Source: Myxococcales bacterium
Lineage (GTDB): Bacteria > Myxococcota_A > UBA9042
Direction of reading: 5' to 3'
NCBI GenBank assembly: GCA_037441385.1
Contig: JBBISH010000018.1
Coordinates: 1-64,000 of the forward strand
Length of the DNA: 64,000 nucleotides
Positions 40,622-50,904 of the stretch are shown here, piece by piece (the first letter of the stretch is position 1; each line of letters opens with the position of its first letter). The translations under genes were made by a program, and so were the position numbers. Below the pieces are notes generated by a model, which saw only the letters and a program-made list of their open reading frames with translations, searched no databases and was not told the DNA's origin.

Positions 40622-42684
40622 GCCCCGCCCTGCCGTCCACCGCCTTTCGCACCAACGCCTGGACCCTCGCTTGGTCGTGCCCCTCGCCCAAAGCGTTGGG
40701 AGAGGGGCAGCCGCGCCAGCGGCGGGGTGAGGGCAAATTCGCCACCCGCACATACCTAATCGCCTTGGCTATTCTGCTAGCCTCCTGCGACACGGGCTAC
40801 GCCGGCGACACCTGCGTGCCCGACTGCCCCACCGGCATGGTCTGCAACTTTGGCAAGTGCGTCGCCACCAGCTCGAACACCGCCGGCATGGTCGGCACCG
40901 CCTGCAAGCAAGACAGCGAGTGCTCGTCGGGAACCTGCTTTGTCGGCGGCAGTTTTGGCGGCGGCTACTGCTCGGCTTATTGCGGCGCGCAGATCGTCGC
41001 CTTTGACTCGGAGTGCGCCCCCGGCTCGGCATGCGTGCAGCTGAGCGAAGCCACCGCCGCCTGCATGGACCTGTGCGGCGGCACCAACGGCGACTGCCGC
41101 AGCGGCTACCAGTGTGCCAGCCGCGATGGCTCGCAAGTCTGCATCCCGCTTTGCACTTCTAGCGACCAGTGCCCGGCTCAACAGCGCTGCGATCTGGCCA
41201 GCGGCAACTGCGTGTCCACGGCCGGCGTGCCCGACGGCAAGGTCGGCAGCCCCTGCACCGGCAACAGCGAGTGCCACAGCGAGGTCTGCATCGACGAGGC
41301 CGGCTCCAAGGGCGTCTGGAAAGGCGGCTACTGCTTTGACCTCTGCGACGCGACCGCAGAGGGCAAGCCGTGCAAGGCCAAGGACGGCAGCCAAGAGGGC
41401 CTCTGCGCCGGCATCCCCGACCCCGAGGGGGGCGAACCGAGCTACTACTGCATGGCGCCGTGCGCCACCTCGGTCGACTGCCGACCCGACTACATGTGCA
41501 CCGCCACCGTGGACTTCAAGACCTCGTCCGGTCTGGGCTTTTGCCTGCCCAGCTGCACCACCTACGGCTGCGATAGCGGCCAAGTCTGCGACCCGCAAAG
41601 CGGCGTGTGCGTCGACAAAACCTCGACCCCCAGCACCTTGGAGCACATCGCGCTGGGGACGGTGGAGGTGGGTAAGACCGCGGATACGTTCAAGAATGTC
41701 GCCGTGACGGTGCCCGCCGACGCCGTGAGCGTGACCCTGTACGCGCGCCCCACCGACCTGGGCGCCGAGCTCGCCCTGACCAAGACCATCCAACCCGACG
41801 GCAAAGTGGTGCTCGACTATTTTGACCCGCTAATCAGCGACTTCAAGGTGGTGCCGCTGGGGCCCGGCGTAGTGTCGGCGCTGTACCCCAACTCGCCGCG
41901 CCTGGGGATTGGCGCCGGAAGCTATCAATTCACCTGGGGAAGCTACGGTGGCGCCACCGTGCAGCTCGACGCGGTGGTCAAGCGCGCCAGTGGCCTTTTG
42001 CAGTCTGGCAACCTGCCGGTGGTGCTGTGGTTCACCAACCAAAGCCGGTTGTCGGCGCAAAATGCGCCCAACGACGCCAACTTGCAGAGTGCTCTGTCCA
42101 AGCTGGGTGGCATCTACGCCGCAGTGGGCATTCAACTCGGCGCCGTGTCGTACAAGCAAGTGGGCGGCGGCATCGCCACCAGCGCCGCAGTCATCGACAA
42201 CGACGGCGAATTGCAGCAGCTATTCGCCACGGCCGACAGCAGCCCCGATCCCGGCCTCAACTTCTTCCTCATCGACCAATTTGCAGGCGATGGTGGCGGT
42301 TACGTGACGCTCGGCCAATCGGGCGGCATTCCCGGCCCACCGTCGTACCCCGGCCTGCCCCACGGCGGCGTGGCGGTGGCGCTGGCCTACCTGGACGACG
42401 ACGTGGCCACTTTTGCCGCAACCATGGCGCACGAAGGCGGTCACTACCTGGGGCTGTTCCACACGACAGAACAAAACGGCAAAAGTTTTGACCCATTGCT
42501 CGATACTCCGCAGTGCCCGTCGACCAACGACGCCGATGGCGACGGCCACCTCTCTAGCGAGGAGTGCGCCAGCCACGGCGGGACCAACCTGATGTTCTGG
42601 TTGGCCGGGCCCGACCACAGCCAGATCTCGGCCGACCAGCGGTACGTGCTGCTCCGCAACCCCACCGTGGCGACGGGCCCGTAA
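40618..42684 (+). CDS. Cys-rich lipoprotein with C-terminal M43/pappalysin-like zinc metalloprotease
   Basis: Lipobox LASC; GGYC repeats; HEGGHYLGLFH; NLM Met-turn. Confidence 0.85.
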   Translation: MSPALPSTAFRTNAWTLAWSCPSPKALGEGQPRQRRGEGKFATRTYLIALAILLASCDTGYAGDTCVPDCPTGMVCNFGKCVATSSNTAGMVGTACKQDSECSSGTCFVGGSFGGGYCSAYCGAQIVAFDSECAPGSACVQLSEATAACMDLCGGTNGDCRSGYQCASRDGSQVCIPLCTSSDQCPAQQRCDLASGNCVSTAGVPDGKVGSPCTGNSECHSEVCIDEAGSKGVWKGGYCFDLCDATAEGKPCKAKDGSQEGLCAGIPDPEGGEPSYYCMAPCATSVDCRPDYMCTATVDFKTSSGLGFCLPSCTTYGCDSGQVCDPQSGVCVDKTSTPSTLEHIALGTVEVGKTADTFKNVAVTVPADAVSVTLYARPTDLGAELALTKTIQPDGKVVLDYFDPLISDFKVVPLGPGVVSALYPNSPRLGIGAGSYQFTWGSYGGATVQLDAVVKRASGLLQSGNLPVVLWFTNQSRLSAQNAPNDANLQSALSKLGGIYAAVGIQLGAVSYKQVGGGIATSAAVIDNDGELQQLFATADSSPDPGLNFFLIDQFAGDGGGYVTLGQSGGIPGPPSYPGLPHGGVAVALAYLDDDVATFAATMAHEGGHYLGLFHTTEQNGKSFDPLLDTPQCPSTNDADGDGHLSSEECASHGGTNLMFWLAGPDHSQISADQRYVLLRNPTVATGP

Positions 42685-42737
42685 CCCCACACCGTTTCAC
42701 ATCCTTTTCACCCGCTCCCCGCGACCCAGGAGCCGCC

Positions 42738-44042
42738 ATGAGTCTGCCCGCCCACGGCCTGAGCCGCGACGAAGTGCTAGGCACCATCGACAGTTACCGC
42801 ACTGGCGACGCCAACTGGCGGGCCGGCCGCACCTTCAGCCTGGTCTACTACGCCGGCGAAGAGGTCAAGGCCGTGGCCGAGGCGGCGTTCCTGAAGCTGT
42901 TTGCCGAAAATGCCCTGAATCCCATGGCGTTTCCGTCGCTGCGGCGGATGGAGAGCGAGGTGCTGGCGATTGCGGCCGAACTCCTGGGCGACGCGCGCGC
43001 AGTCGGCACCATGACCTCGGGCGGCACCGAGTCGATCCTGATGGCGGTCAAGACGGCGCGCGACTGGGCCCGCGAGCAGCGCCCCGAGGTCACCGCGCCC
43101 GAGATGCTGGTGCCGGCCACCGTCCACCCGGCTTTCCACAAGGCCGCTCACTACTTTGGCGTGCGGGCGGTGGTGGTGCCGGTGGGCGGTGATTTTCGCG
43201 CCGACGCTGCGGCGGCCCGCAAGCTGCTGACCAGCAATACGATCCTGGTGGTCGGCTCGTCGTTTGCCTACCCGCACGGCGTCATCGACCCCATCGCCGA
43301 GCTGGCGCAACTCGCCCAAGAGGCAGGGATTATGTGCCACGTCGACGCCTGCCTGGGCGGGATGATCCTGCCGTTTGTCGAGCGTTTGAGCGAGCTATTG
43401 CCGCCGTGGAACCTGGCGGTGCCGGGCGTGACGTCGATCTCGTGTGATCTCCATAAGTACGGCTACACGGCCAAGGGCGCCTCGGTGGTGCTGTACCGCA
43501 CCCGCGAGCTGCGCCGCCACCAGTTCATGGGCTACGCCGACTGGCCGGGCGGGCTGTGGGGCTCGCCTTCGGCGGCGGGGACGCGGCCGGGCGGACCCAT
43601 TGCCGCGGCCTGGGCCGTGCTGCATTTCTTGGGCGAAGACGGCTACTTGCGCCTGGCCCGCCAGAGCTTGGACGCAGCGCGGGCCATCCAGGCCGGCATC
43701 GCCGCGATCCCAGGCATGCGCGTGCTGGGCGAGCCGGTAGCGACGGTCTTCGCGTTTTGCTTTGACGCGGGCGACACCTACCGCCTGGGCGACGCGATGC
43801 AGGCGCGCGGCTGGAATCTGGACCGCCAGCAGTCGCCGCCGGCCCTGCACGCGATGATCACCGCGGCGCACGTGCCACATATCGACGCGTTTCTTGCCGA
43901 TCTGCGCGCGGCGGCCGAAGAGGTGCGCGGCCTGCCCCCGTCGCAAGAGGGCGAGGCGGCCATGTACGGCATGATGGGCAGCCTGCCGGACCGCGGCATG
44001 GCCAACGAACTGATCGTGGGGTTCTTGGATTCGTTGGGGTAG
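42738..44042 (+). CDS. PLP-dependent enzyme, sphingosine-1-phosphate lyase-like
   Basis: TSGGTESI, HPAFHKAAHY, HVDACLGG, DLHKYG and GTRPGG motifs. Confidence 0.88.
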   Translation: MSLPAHGLSRDEVLGTIDSYRTGDANWRAGRTFSLVYYAGEEVKAVAEAAFLKLFAENALNPMAFPSLRRMESEVLAIAAELLGDARAVGTMTSGGTESILMAVKTARDWAREQRPEVTAPEMLVPATVHPAFHKAAHYFGVRAVVVPVGGDFRADAAAARKLLTSNTILVVGSSFAYPHGVIDPIAELAQLAQEAGIMCHVDACLGGMILPFVERLSELLPPWNLAVPGVTSISCDLHKYGYTAKGASVVLYRTRELRRHQFMGYADWPGGLWGSPSAAGTRPGGPIAAAWAVLHFLGEDGYLRLARQSLDAARAIQAGIAAIPGMRVLGEPVATVFAFCFDAGDTYRLGDAMQARGWNLDRQQSPPALHAMITAAHVPHIDAFLADLRAAAEEVRGLPPSQEGEAAMYGMMGSLPDRGMANELIVGFLDSLG

Positions 44043-44060
44043 CCGTCACCACCTGCGCGG

Positions 44061-46184
44061 CTACGGCAGCAGCCGGACCTCCAGATCATCCACAAAGATG
44101 CCAAGGCCGTTGTTCGCGGTCTGGTCGATCGAGTCAAAGGCCAGCCGCAGCCACACGACATCGCCCGGCAAGCTGAACTCAGCGCTGTACGTGAACCATT
44201 TGTCTAGGAAGGCGGAGCTCTTGAGCACCTTGACGTGCGGCGCAGTTCCTTCCAGCAGGCACTGCGGCGCCAGCGGCTGCACGGGCAGCGGACAGTCGGC
44301 AAAGGCTTGATTGCTCACCTGAACCTGCAGGATGTCGTAGTTCGGCTCGTTCTCAATCGCCAAATAGGCCTTGAAGCTGATGCGCAGCTTGGCGCCACTG
44401 GGCACAGTGATGGGCTTACTCAAGCTGGCGGCGCCCCAGCTGGGCCCCTTGTAGGTCAAGAAATCGGTGCCATTGTTGAACTGCAGCGCGCAGTTGCCGG
44501 TGGGTGGGACGATGCCGCCGCTGGGCTGGCCAATGCTCCAGGCCGCCGTAGTTGGGCTGGGTCCCGCCGGGAGCATGGTCCACTGCTGGTCGCCGCAGGC
44601 AAACGTGTCGCTCCACAGGAGTTTGCCGCACTCCGGCACGGCTTGGCAGTCCGTGTCCGCGCAATCCACGGCGTCGTCTTGGTCGTTGTCCAGACCGTCG
44701 GCGCACTTCTCCTTGCATAGCCAACTCCACTGGCACAGGGCGTCTTTACAGTCCACGTGGCCGTCGCCGTTGTCGTCCTTGCCATTGTCGCATTGCTCTG
44801 GGGCCAGCTGCAGGCGAACGGTCCAGTCCGTCAACCACAGGCCGCTGCCTGGCTTGGCAGGGAGGGGCTGTGCGCCCAGCTGCAGAGTAAGGCGAGGCTG
44901 TGCGACCAAGCCTGGCTTGGCAACCAGGGGCACAGACGCCGTCCCCGCAGACGCCACCAACTGCTCGCTGGCCAGCACAGCACCGCTTGCGGCGTCGACC
45001 CACTGCAGGAGGATGTACGGCGCCTCGCTCAGCCCAGTCGACAGCGTGTAGTGAAGCTGGGATAGGGCAGCGACCGGCGCGGCAGCCTGGCCAAAGTCTA
45101 CGGCCGGGCCGCGCAGTTCCACAGTCAGCGCCGGGCACACGCCGCCCACAGCAGCGCACAAATCCTGGGTCCCAGCTACTCTCCATCCACAAGAGGGTCC
45201 AGTTGGCGCGTCGGGCCACGGGGTCATGCCCAGGTTGACGCCGGCGACCGAGCTGACAAATTGCCAGCCGGCGGGCAGACTTGCTCCTGCCGAGCACAGC
45301 CCGCCGCACAGCCCCGCCACCTCAAGGGGCGCCGGTCCAGTGGCCGAGTTGCAGTCGCTGGCAGACAGGCACGCCAAGAGCGGCAGCCCCGAACCGGGTG
45401 CGTAGGAGCTGCCGGCTTGGGCAACGCTGTGCTGGCACACGCCCTTGCCCGCGCAGGTATCCACCGTACACGCATTGCCGTCATCGCACTGCGGCAAGGG
45501 GCCGGGAATGCACTTGCCGCCGTTGCAGAAGTCGCCAGACCAGCAGGGATCTCCCGCACAGGGTGTGCCGTTGGCCTTGTTTTGCACCTGGCAGTCGTAG
45601 CCCCCAGATCCCGCTTTGGGCGCGCATTTTACGTCGTGGCAGGTCTGCGGTGGGCACGGGCTCGCGCCAGGCACACACTCGAACAAGGAATTGCAGGCAT
45701 CGCCCACGGTACATGGGTCGCCGTCATCGCAAGCGGAAAACGTCGCCTGGTGCACACAGCCAAGGACCGCATCGCAACTATCTGCGGAGCATTCATTTTT
45801 GTCATCGCAGTCAAGCGGCGCGGCCACGCAGTCGCCGCCTACGCAGGCCGCGTGCTCGCAAACCTGCACGGCCAGCCAGAAACAGTCGGAGTCCCCTTGG
45901 CAAATCCCGGTTGCGATCTCAGCCAATTGGCTTGTTTCAGGGGCGTCGGCCGCAGCGTCTGGCGACGGCGCAGTTGCCAAGTCCGCCACTGCCCCTTGGT
46001 CCAGCACGCCGGCATCGGCGCTGAAATCCGTCAAGTCTGCATCCACTTGCCCGGCGTCTGGCGCGGAGTCCGGGAGGCCTGCGGTTGCGCCAGGTGGGGG
46101 CGCCGCCGAGCAGGCGATCGTGCAGGCGAGCGCGAGCCACCATGCCCACCGCACAGTTGCAGGCCGAGTTCCTACTTTGGACAT
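44061..46184 (-). CDS. Cys-rich repeat surface lipoprotein with C-terminal beta-sandwich
   Basis: Lipobox TIAC; CDDGDPCT repeats; CDNGKDDNGDGHVDCKD metal-binding repeats; ends GIFVDDL. Confidence 0.8.
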   Translation of the reverse strand: MSKVGTRPATVRWAWWLALACTIACSAAPPPGATAGLPDSAPDAGQVDADLTDFSADAGVLDQGAVADLATAPSPDAAADAPETSQLAEIATGICQGDSDCFWLAVQVCEHAACVGGDCVAAPLDCDDKNECSADSCDAVLGCVHQATFSACDDGDPCTVGDACNSLFECVPGASPCPPQTCHDVKCAPKAGSGGYDCQVQNKANGTPCAGDPCWSGDFCNGGKCIPGPLPQCDDGNACTVDTCAGKGVCQHSVAQAGSSYAPGSGLPLLACLSASDCNSATGPAPLEVAGLCGGLCSAGASLPAGWQFVSSVAGVNLGMTPWPDAPTGPSCGWRVAGTQDLCAAVGGVCPALTVELRGPAVDFGQAAAPVAALSQLHYTLSTGLSEAPYILLQWVDAASGAVLASEQLVASAGTASVPLVAKPGLVAQPRLTLQLGAQPLPAKPGSGLWLTDWTVRLQLAPEQCDNGKDDNGDGHVDCKDALCQWSWLCKEKCADGLDNDQDDAVDCADTDCQAVPECGKLLWSDTFACGDQQWTMLPAGPSPTTAAWSIGQPSGGIVPPTGNCALQFNNGTDFLTYKGPSWGAASLSKPITVPSGAKLRISFKAYLAIENEPNYDILQVQVSNQAFADCPLPVQPLAPQCLLEGTAPHVKVLKSSAFLDKWFTYSAEFSLPGDVVWLRLAFDSIDQTANNGLGIFVDDLEVRLLP

Positions 46185-49100
46185 ACGACGCTCCCGGCGG
46201 CATCCAGGGTCAGGAACCACGCGTCGCCCTGGCCAAAGCCGACCGGGCCATAGCCGGTCACGCGCACTTCGCTGCCATTGCTGGCCATGCCCATCAGCGG
46301 GCCCGTCAGTGGCCAGACGTTGGGGGCGGCAGCCAGCGGCTTGCCTGCTGCGTCCACGCCAAACACTGCCGCGGCCCCCATACCTACTGCGCAGCCCGCC
46401 AGGAAGCCACCCCCGGGGCGCGGGACCACTCCCAGGGTGGTCAGTGCCTGATCCGGGGGTACTGCAGGGAGTTCGCCAAACGCCTGGAGCCATTGCAGGT
46501 TGCCCGCCAAGTCCATGCGAACAAGCACAGGCACGTTGCCTCCCAGGGCCTTGAGCCCAAGGGCCACTACCCCGTCGTCGACCATCGTGGCCGCTTGGAA
46601 CAGACCAACCGCACCGGGCAAGGTCTTCTGCCACAGGACGTTGCCGTCCAAATCAATCCGGGCGATGACACCCATGGATTCAAAGGTCTGCGCATTCTTG
46701 GTGGCAAGACCGGCCACCATCACCACGTCTTGGCGGGCCACCACCGCGTAGGGTTGAATATCGGGGGCTCCATCCCACTTCTTCTGCCACAGCACGTCGC
46801 CGTCGCCGGAAAAGCCTACCGCCAAGGGCCACCAATACGGGGAAACGGCGATCAGGTTTCCGGTGGATGTGGCCGCAATCCCTTTGAAACGCCACACCTT
46901 CTGGGCCGGCAAATCGACCGCCCAGCTCGCGGACCCATCTGGCTTGATCCGTGCCATATACGGAAAAGCATCGCCGTTTCCAGCGGCAGGTTCTGCCTCG
47001 CCGACCAGGGCAAAGTCGCCGCCCGGCATCACGGTGAGCGCCCGAATAAAGTGGTTAAGCGGGGGCTTGCCGTAGGTCCACTCCCACTCTACCTGGCCTG
47101 TGGGCGAGACCGCGGTCAGCCAGGCCTTGCGATGCCAGGGCACCATGCCCGACCACCCCGGCACGGGCAGGTCATCGTACATGCGAGAACCGCCGACAAT
47201 CCAGCCGCCACCCGGCCGAGCGGCGATGACCGTGCCGGACTCCGTCGCGCCCGTACCAATCGTGGCCGTTGCTTGCATGACGCCTGCGCAAAACCCGTTG
47301 TGGCAAGTGTCGGCCAGGCTGCAGGGGTTCGCATCGTCGCAGCCCGTTCCCTCGGCCACGCCGGTGCCCACGCACCCGCCCCAACCGTTGCAGGCGTCGC
47401 TGGTGCACGGGTTGCCGTCGCTGCAAGGTTGGCCCTTCAAGTACTTCACCTTGCACACACCGCCCAGGCAGGTCGCGCTCTTGCAGGCGTTGCTGCCACA
47501 GTCGGTGCCGTCCACCCCAGGTACGCTTAGGCAGACGCCGCTCACACAGCTATCCAGCGTGCAGGGGTTGGAGTCGAAGCAGGTAACCTTGTCGTCTACG
47601 GTGCCACTGCAGGCGCCAGCGAGACACACGCCCACTAGGCAGACCCCGTCCGGCGAACAGGCAGCGCCGTCAATGGGTTTCCCTTTGCACACGCTGCCCT
47701 TGCAGGTGTCGTTGACCGTGCAAATGGTGCCGTCGTCGCAGGTCGCACCGTCCGTGTTGACCGCCGCGCTGCACTTGCCCGACTTGCAGGCATAGACAAT
47801 GCAGGGCCACGACGTGGGACAGACGACCCCGTCGGCAGGTTTGCCGCTGCAGCCGGCAGTCCCGCAGACGTCGGCGGTCGTGCAAAGGTTGCCGTCGTCG
47901 CAGGGCTTGCCCGAAGTCGCAACCATAGTGCATTCACCGACCAGACATACGGCCTCCCAGCAGCCGCTCGCCTGCATGCACTGAACCGCGGAGATTGGGC
48001 TGTGGACACAGACCGCGCCTTGGCAGGAGTCGGCGGTACAGGGGTTTTTGTCGTCGCAAGTGGCGCCGGACGCAAAGGTGCCCTTGCACTTGCCCGCCAC
48101 GCAAGCGTCCGTGGTACACGAATTGTCGTCGTCGCAAGCCGGGCCCGTGAGCGGGCTGCCCTTGCATTTGCCCGCCGCGCAAGCGTCGACCGTGCAGGAA
48201 TTGCCGTCGCTGCACGGGCTGCCGTCGGGCGCGTTGCCCAGTCCCAAGCAGCCTCCGTCTTGGCACGAGAATTGGACGCACGGCGCTTTTTCGGCCAACG
48301 GGCTGGCACACGGCACCCCGTCTTTGGCCTGTTGCGTGCACTTGCCGCCGTTGCACAAGCCCTGCCAACACGGACCGCTGGCCGGGCAGCTTGCGCCGTT
48401 GTTCGGCTTGCTCTGGCATTCCCCGGACACGCAACTGCCCGTCCAACACGGGTCGCCGTCGCTGCAATCCCCGCCGTCGATGGGCTTGCCCGCGCACTTG
48501 CCGGCCACGCAGACGTCGGCCAGCGTGCACGGATTGCCATCGGCGCAGGCCGGGCCGGTCAGGGGCTTGCCCACACAGGTTTCGCCAACGCAGCCACCCT
48601 GCAGGCAGGTTTCGCCAGAGGCGCAAGGCGTTCCGGCCGGCGCGACCGCGTTCACGCACTTGCCGCTCTGGCAAGTCGCCCGGTAACACACCTGCCCAGT
48701 CTGGTTGCACCAGGTGCCGTCGGGGTACGGCACCGCCACGCATGCGCCTGCTTTGCAGAGGTAGTTTGAGCACTCTTCTGGGCCAGTGCACAGGGCAAAC
48801 GCGCTGGGAATGCCAACGCACTTGCCCCCTTGGCAGGTGTCGTCGGTGCAGGGGTTGCCGTCGTCGCACCCAACGCCGCTGGCAGGTTGGCCATGGCAAC
48901 CAGTCAGGCCGGTGCCGCAAACATCACCCGCGGTGCAAGGGTCGCCGTCGTCGCAGAGGGCGCCGGCTGTAGGCGTTCCGCTGCATGCACCGCTGCTGTC
49001 GCACGTGTCCTGGACGGTGCACGGGTTGCCGTCGCTGCAGCTGCCGCCGGACGCGATCGGCGCAAACGCACAGAAGCCTACAGCGTCGCAATTGTCGATG

Positions 49101-50251
49101 GTGCAAGGGTTGCCATCGTCGCACGACGCTGGCCCACCCAGGCACTTGCCGTCGGCGCACACGTCGGGCTGGGTACAAGGCTTGCCGTCGCTGCACGGGC
49201 CCGCCGTGGGGGTGTGCACACAACCTTTGGGCGTCTGGCAGCTGTCCAACGTGCAAACGTCGCTATCCAGGCAGGTCGTGCCGGCATCGTAGCCCGAGCC
49301 GTCTGGCAGGCAGGCGGACGCCATCTGACTAGAAACGCAGGTAAAACCCTGGCAGACGGCATCGCGACAGCGCTTTTCTGGCGCGCACCATTGGCCACCA
49401 GGACAGTCGGCGCTGACCTCACAGTCGACGCAGCGGCCAAGCGCCTTGTCGCAAACGCCAGGACAGTCCAAGTCTTGCGTGCACGACGGACTGGACAGGC
49501 AGTGGTGTTCGCTGCATCGGTACGCGGCGGGGCAGTCGGCGTCGGTCGCGCACTGGGCGCACAGGTGCAGGGTCGGGTCGCAAATCCCGCCGCTGAGCAC
49601 GCAGTCAGAGTCGCTCGTGCAGCCGGCGCTGGCCTCGCACTTCTGTTGACTGCACAAATGGCCGGGGCCACAGTGGTTGTCGACTAGACATCCCACGCAG
49701 GCGTGTCGGGGCTTGTCGCAGATTCCAGTGGGACAGTCCTGGTAGTAGCCCCAGCAAGGCCATGCGGGCGCGGCGCATGCCGGCGACAAGACATGAACAC
49801 ACGCTGGCGGCTGGCCAAAGCACGCGTCGACGGTGCAACTGTCGCCGTCGTCGCACGCAGCCGTCGCACAGCCGGCCACGGCGACAATGTCGGCTGAGCC
49901 CAGATCCGCGCCAGCGTCGGCCGCGGACGTGGGGCCATCACTGGTCCCGTCGCCGTAGGTTGCTGTGGCGCCTGCATCAGGACTTTGGCTGTCCCCGTTG
50001 GAAAGCTGCCCGCTGTCCCAGGTGCTGCTGACGCCATCTACGGCGACTGGCCCGGGCGGAGTGCACGCACAAACTACCACAGTGACCCACAGGATCGCCG
50101 CGCTAGCCTTGGCAAACCTAGTACGCCAAGTCGTAGATACGCGCTGGGTTGGAACGCCCTGGCGTACTAGGCGGCGCCAGCCGCACGCGGGGGGTCGCAG
50201 AGTGCGGCGCGCCCCCTTTGACTCGCCTAAAATGCTAGTACTACAAACCAT
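46172..50251 (-). CDS. Giant Cys-rich repeat lipoprotein with C-terminal beta-propeller-like domain (start uncertain)
   Basis: VCAC lipobox; many C.DGNPCT..D.C units; G...WQK repeats. Confidence 0.8.
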   Translation of the reverse strand: MVCSTSILGESKGARRTLRPPACGWRRLVRQGVPTQRVSTTWRTRFAKASAAILWVTVVVCACTPPGPVAVDGVSSTWDSGQLSNGDSQSPDAGATATYGDGTSDGPTSAADAGADLGSADIVAVAGCATAACDDGDSCTVDACFGQPPACVHVLSPACAAPAWPCWGYYQDCPTGICDKPRHACVGCLVDNHCGPGHLCSQQKCEASAGCTSDSDCVLSGGICDPTLHLCAQCATDADCPAAYRCSEHHCLSSPSCTQDLDCPGVCDKALGRCVDCEVSADCPGGQWCAPEKRCRDAVCQGFTCVSSQMASACLPDGSGYDAGTTCLDSDVCTLDSCQTPKGCVHTPTAGPCSDGKPCTQPDVCADGKCLGGPASCDDGNPCTIDNCDAVGFCAFAPIASGGSCSDGNPCTVQDTCDSSGACSGTPTAGALCDDGDPCTAGDVCGTGLTGCHGQPASGVGCDDGNPCTDDTCQGGKCVGIPSAFALCTGPEECSNYLCKAGACVAVPYPDGTWCNQTGQVCYRATCQSGKCVNAVAPAGTPCASGETCLQGGCVGETCVGKPLTGPACADGNPCTLADVCVAGKCAGKPIDGGDCSDGDPCWTGSCVSGECQSKPNNGASCPASGPCWQGLCNGGKCTQQAKDGVPCASPLAEKAPCVQFSCQDGGCLGLGNAPDGSPCSDGNSCTVDACAAGKCKGSPLTGPACDDDNSCTTDACVAGKCKGTFASGATCDDKNPCTADSCQGAVCVHSPISAVQCMQASGCWEAVCLVGECTMVATSGKPCDDGNLCTTADVCGTAGCSGKPADGVVCPTSWPCIVYACKSGKCSAAVNTDGATCDDGTICTVNDTCKGSVCKGKPIDGAACSPDGVCLVGVCLAGACSGTVDDKVTCFDSNPCTLDSCVSGVCLSVPGVDGTDCGSNACKSATCLGGVCKVKYLKGQPCSDGNPCTSDACNGWGGCVGTGVAEGTGCDDANPCSLADTCHNGFCAGVMQATATIGTGATESGTVIAARPGGGWIVGGSRMYDDLPVPGWSGMVPWHRKAWLTAVSPTGQVEWEWTYGKPPLNHFIRALTVMPGGDFALVGEAEPAAGNGDAFPYMARIKPDGSASWAVDLPAQKVWRFKGIAATSTGNLIAVSPYWWPLAVGFSGDGDVLWQKKWDGAPDIQPYAVVARQDVVMVAGLATKNAQTFESMGVIARIDLDGNVLWQKTLPGAVGLFQAATMVDDGVVALGLKALGGNVPVLVRMDLAGNLQWLQAFGELPAVPPDQALTTLGVVPRPGGGFLAGCAVGMGAAAVFGVDAAGKPLAAAPNVWPLTGPLMGMASNGSEVRVTGYGPVGFGQGDAWFLTLDAAGSVVCPK
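50117..50171. repeat. Mini inverted-repeat element CCTAGTACGCCA...TGGCGTACTAGG
   Basis: Perfect 12-bp inverted repeats. Confidence 0.55.
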
Positions 50252-50394
50252 TCGTGAGACCTATTCCATCGCGAATTTCGGGGTTGTAGTGCCAGACCCG
50301 CCAACCGCCGTGTGCACCTACCTTGCCGAACCAATCTGGGAAACACGGGGGGGATGAGCCCCAGCCTGCGCCAGGAAACGGGCCATGTCAATCA

Positions 50395-50526
50395 TACGGA
50401 ATAGGCCCAATTCGGCTCTAAGGCTCCGGCAATTCTTCGGCCTCGAACCGGGGTCCCTGCCTGATTCTCGCCGGTTGCGGACCAGGTCAGAGAAACTGTA
50501 CAGGCGTGGCTCAGACAGGGTTCGTA
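50395..50526 (+). mobile_element. 132-bp MITE-like repeat, copy 3
   Basis: Flanked by a TCA/TCA direct repeat. Confidence 0.85.
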
Positions 50527-50784
50527 TCACAAGGCACGCGGTCGCGCGCCCACGCCGGGCCGGCATGGCAGGGGTCAACGGCAAAGAAGCGGGCCGCCCA
50601 GTTCTTGGGCGCGCTGGGGCAGGTCCGTCGCCTTGAGACTCGACCAATTGCTAGGCAATCGTTCAGTAAGTCGTTCTGCCGGTCGCGTTTCCAGCCGCAG
50701 TGGCGCTCAAGCGAGCACCCAGCGACTCGCCGCGCAGATTTCGACACTCCAGATGCGCGGAGAAAGTCCAAATTGATCCGCTCT

Positions 50785-50904
50785 CTAGGAGCCTGTCGGA
50801 GATTCTCTCTAAGTACCTGAAATTACGTGTTTGCCTCAATTTGAGACTTCAATAATTTCATATCATTACACGAAATCGCTTCGGTTAGTCCGACACGCGC
50901 CTAG
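50785..50904. mobile_element. AT-rich MITE-like element bounded by CTAG
   Basis: CTAGGAGCCTGTCGGA ... TCCGACACGCGCCTAG inverted ends; right CTAG includes the stop of the FGE gene. Confidence 0.65.
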
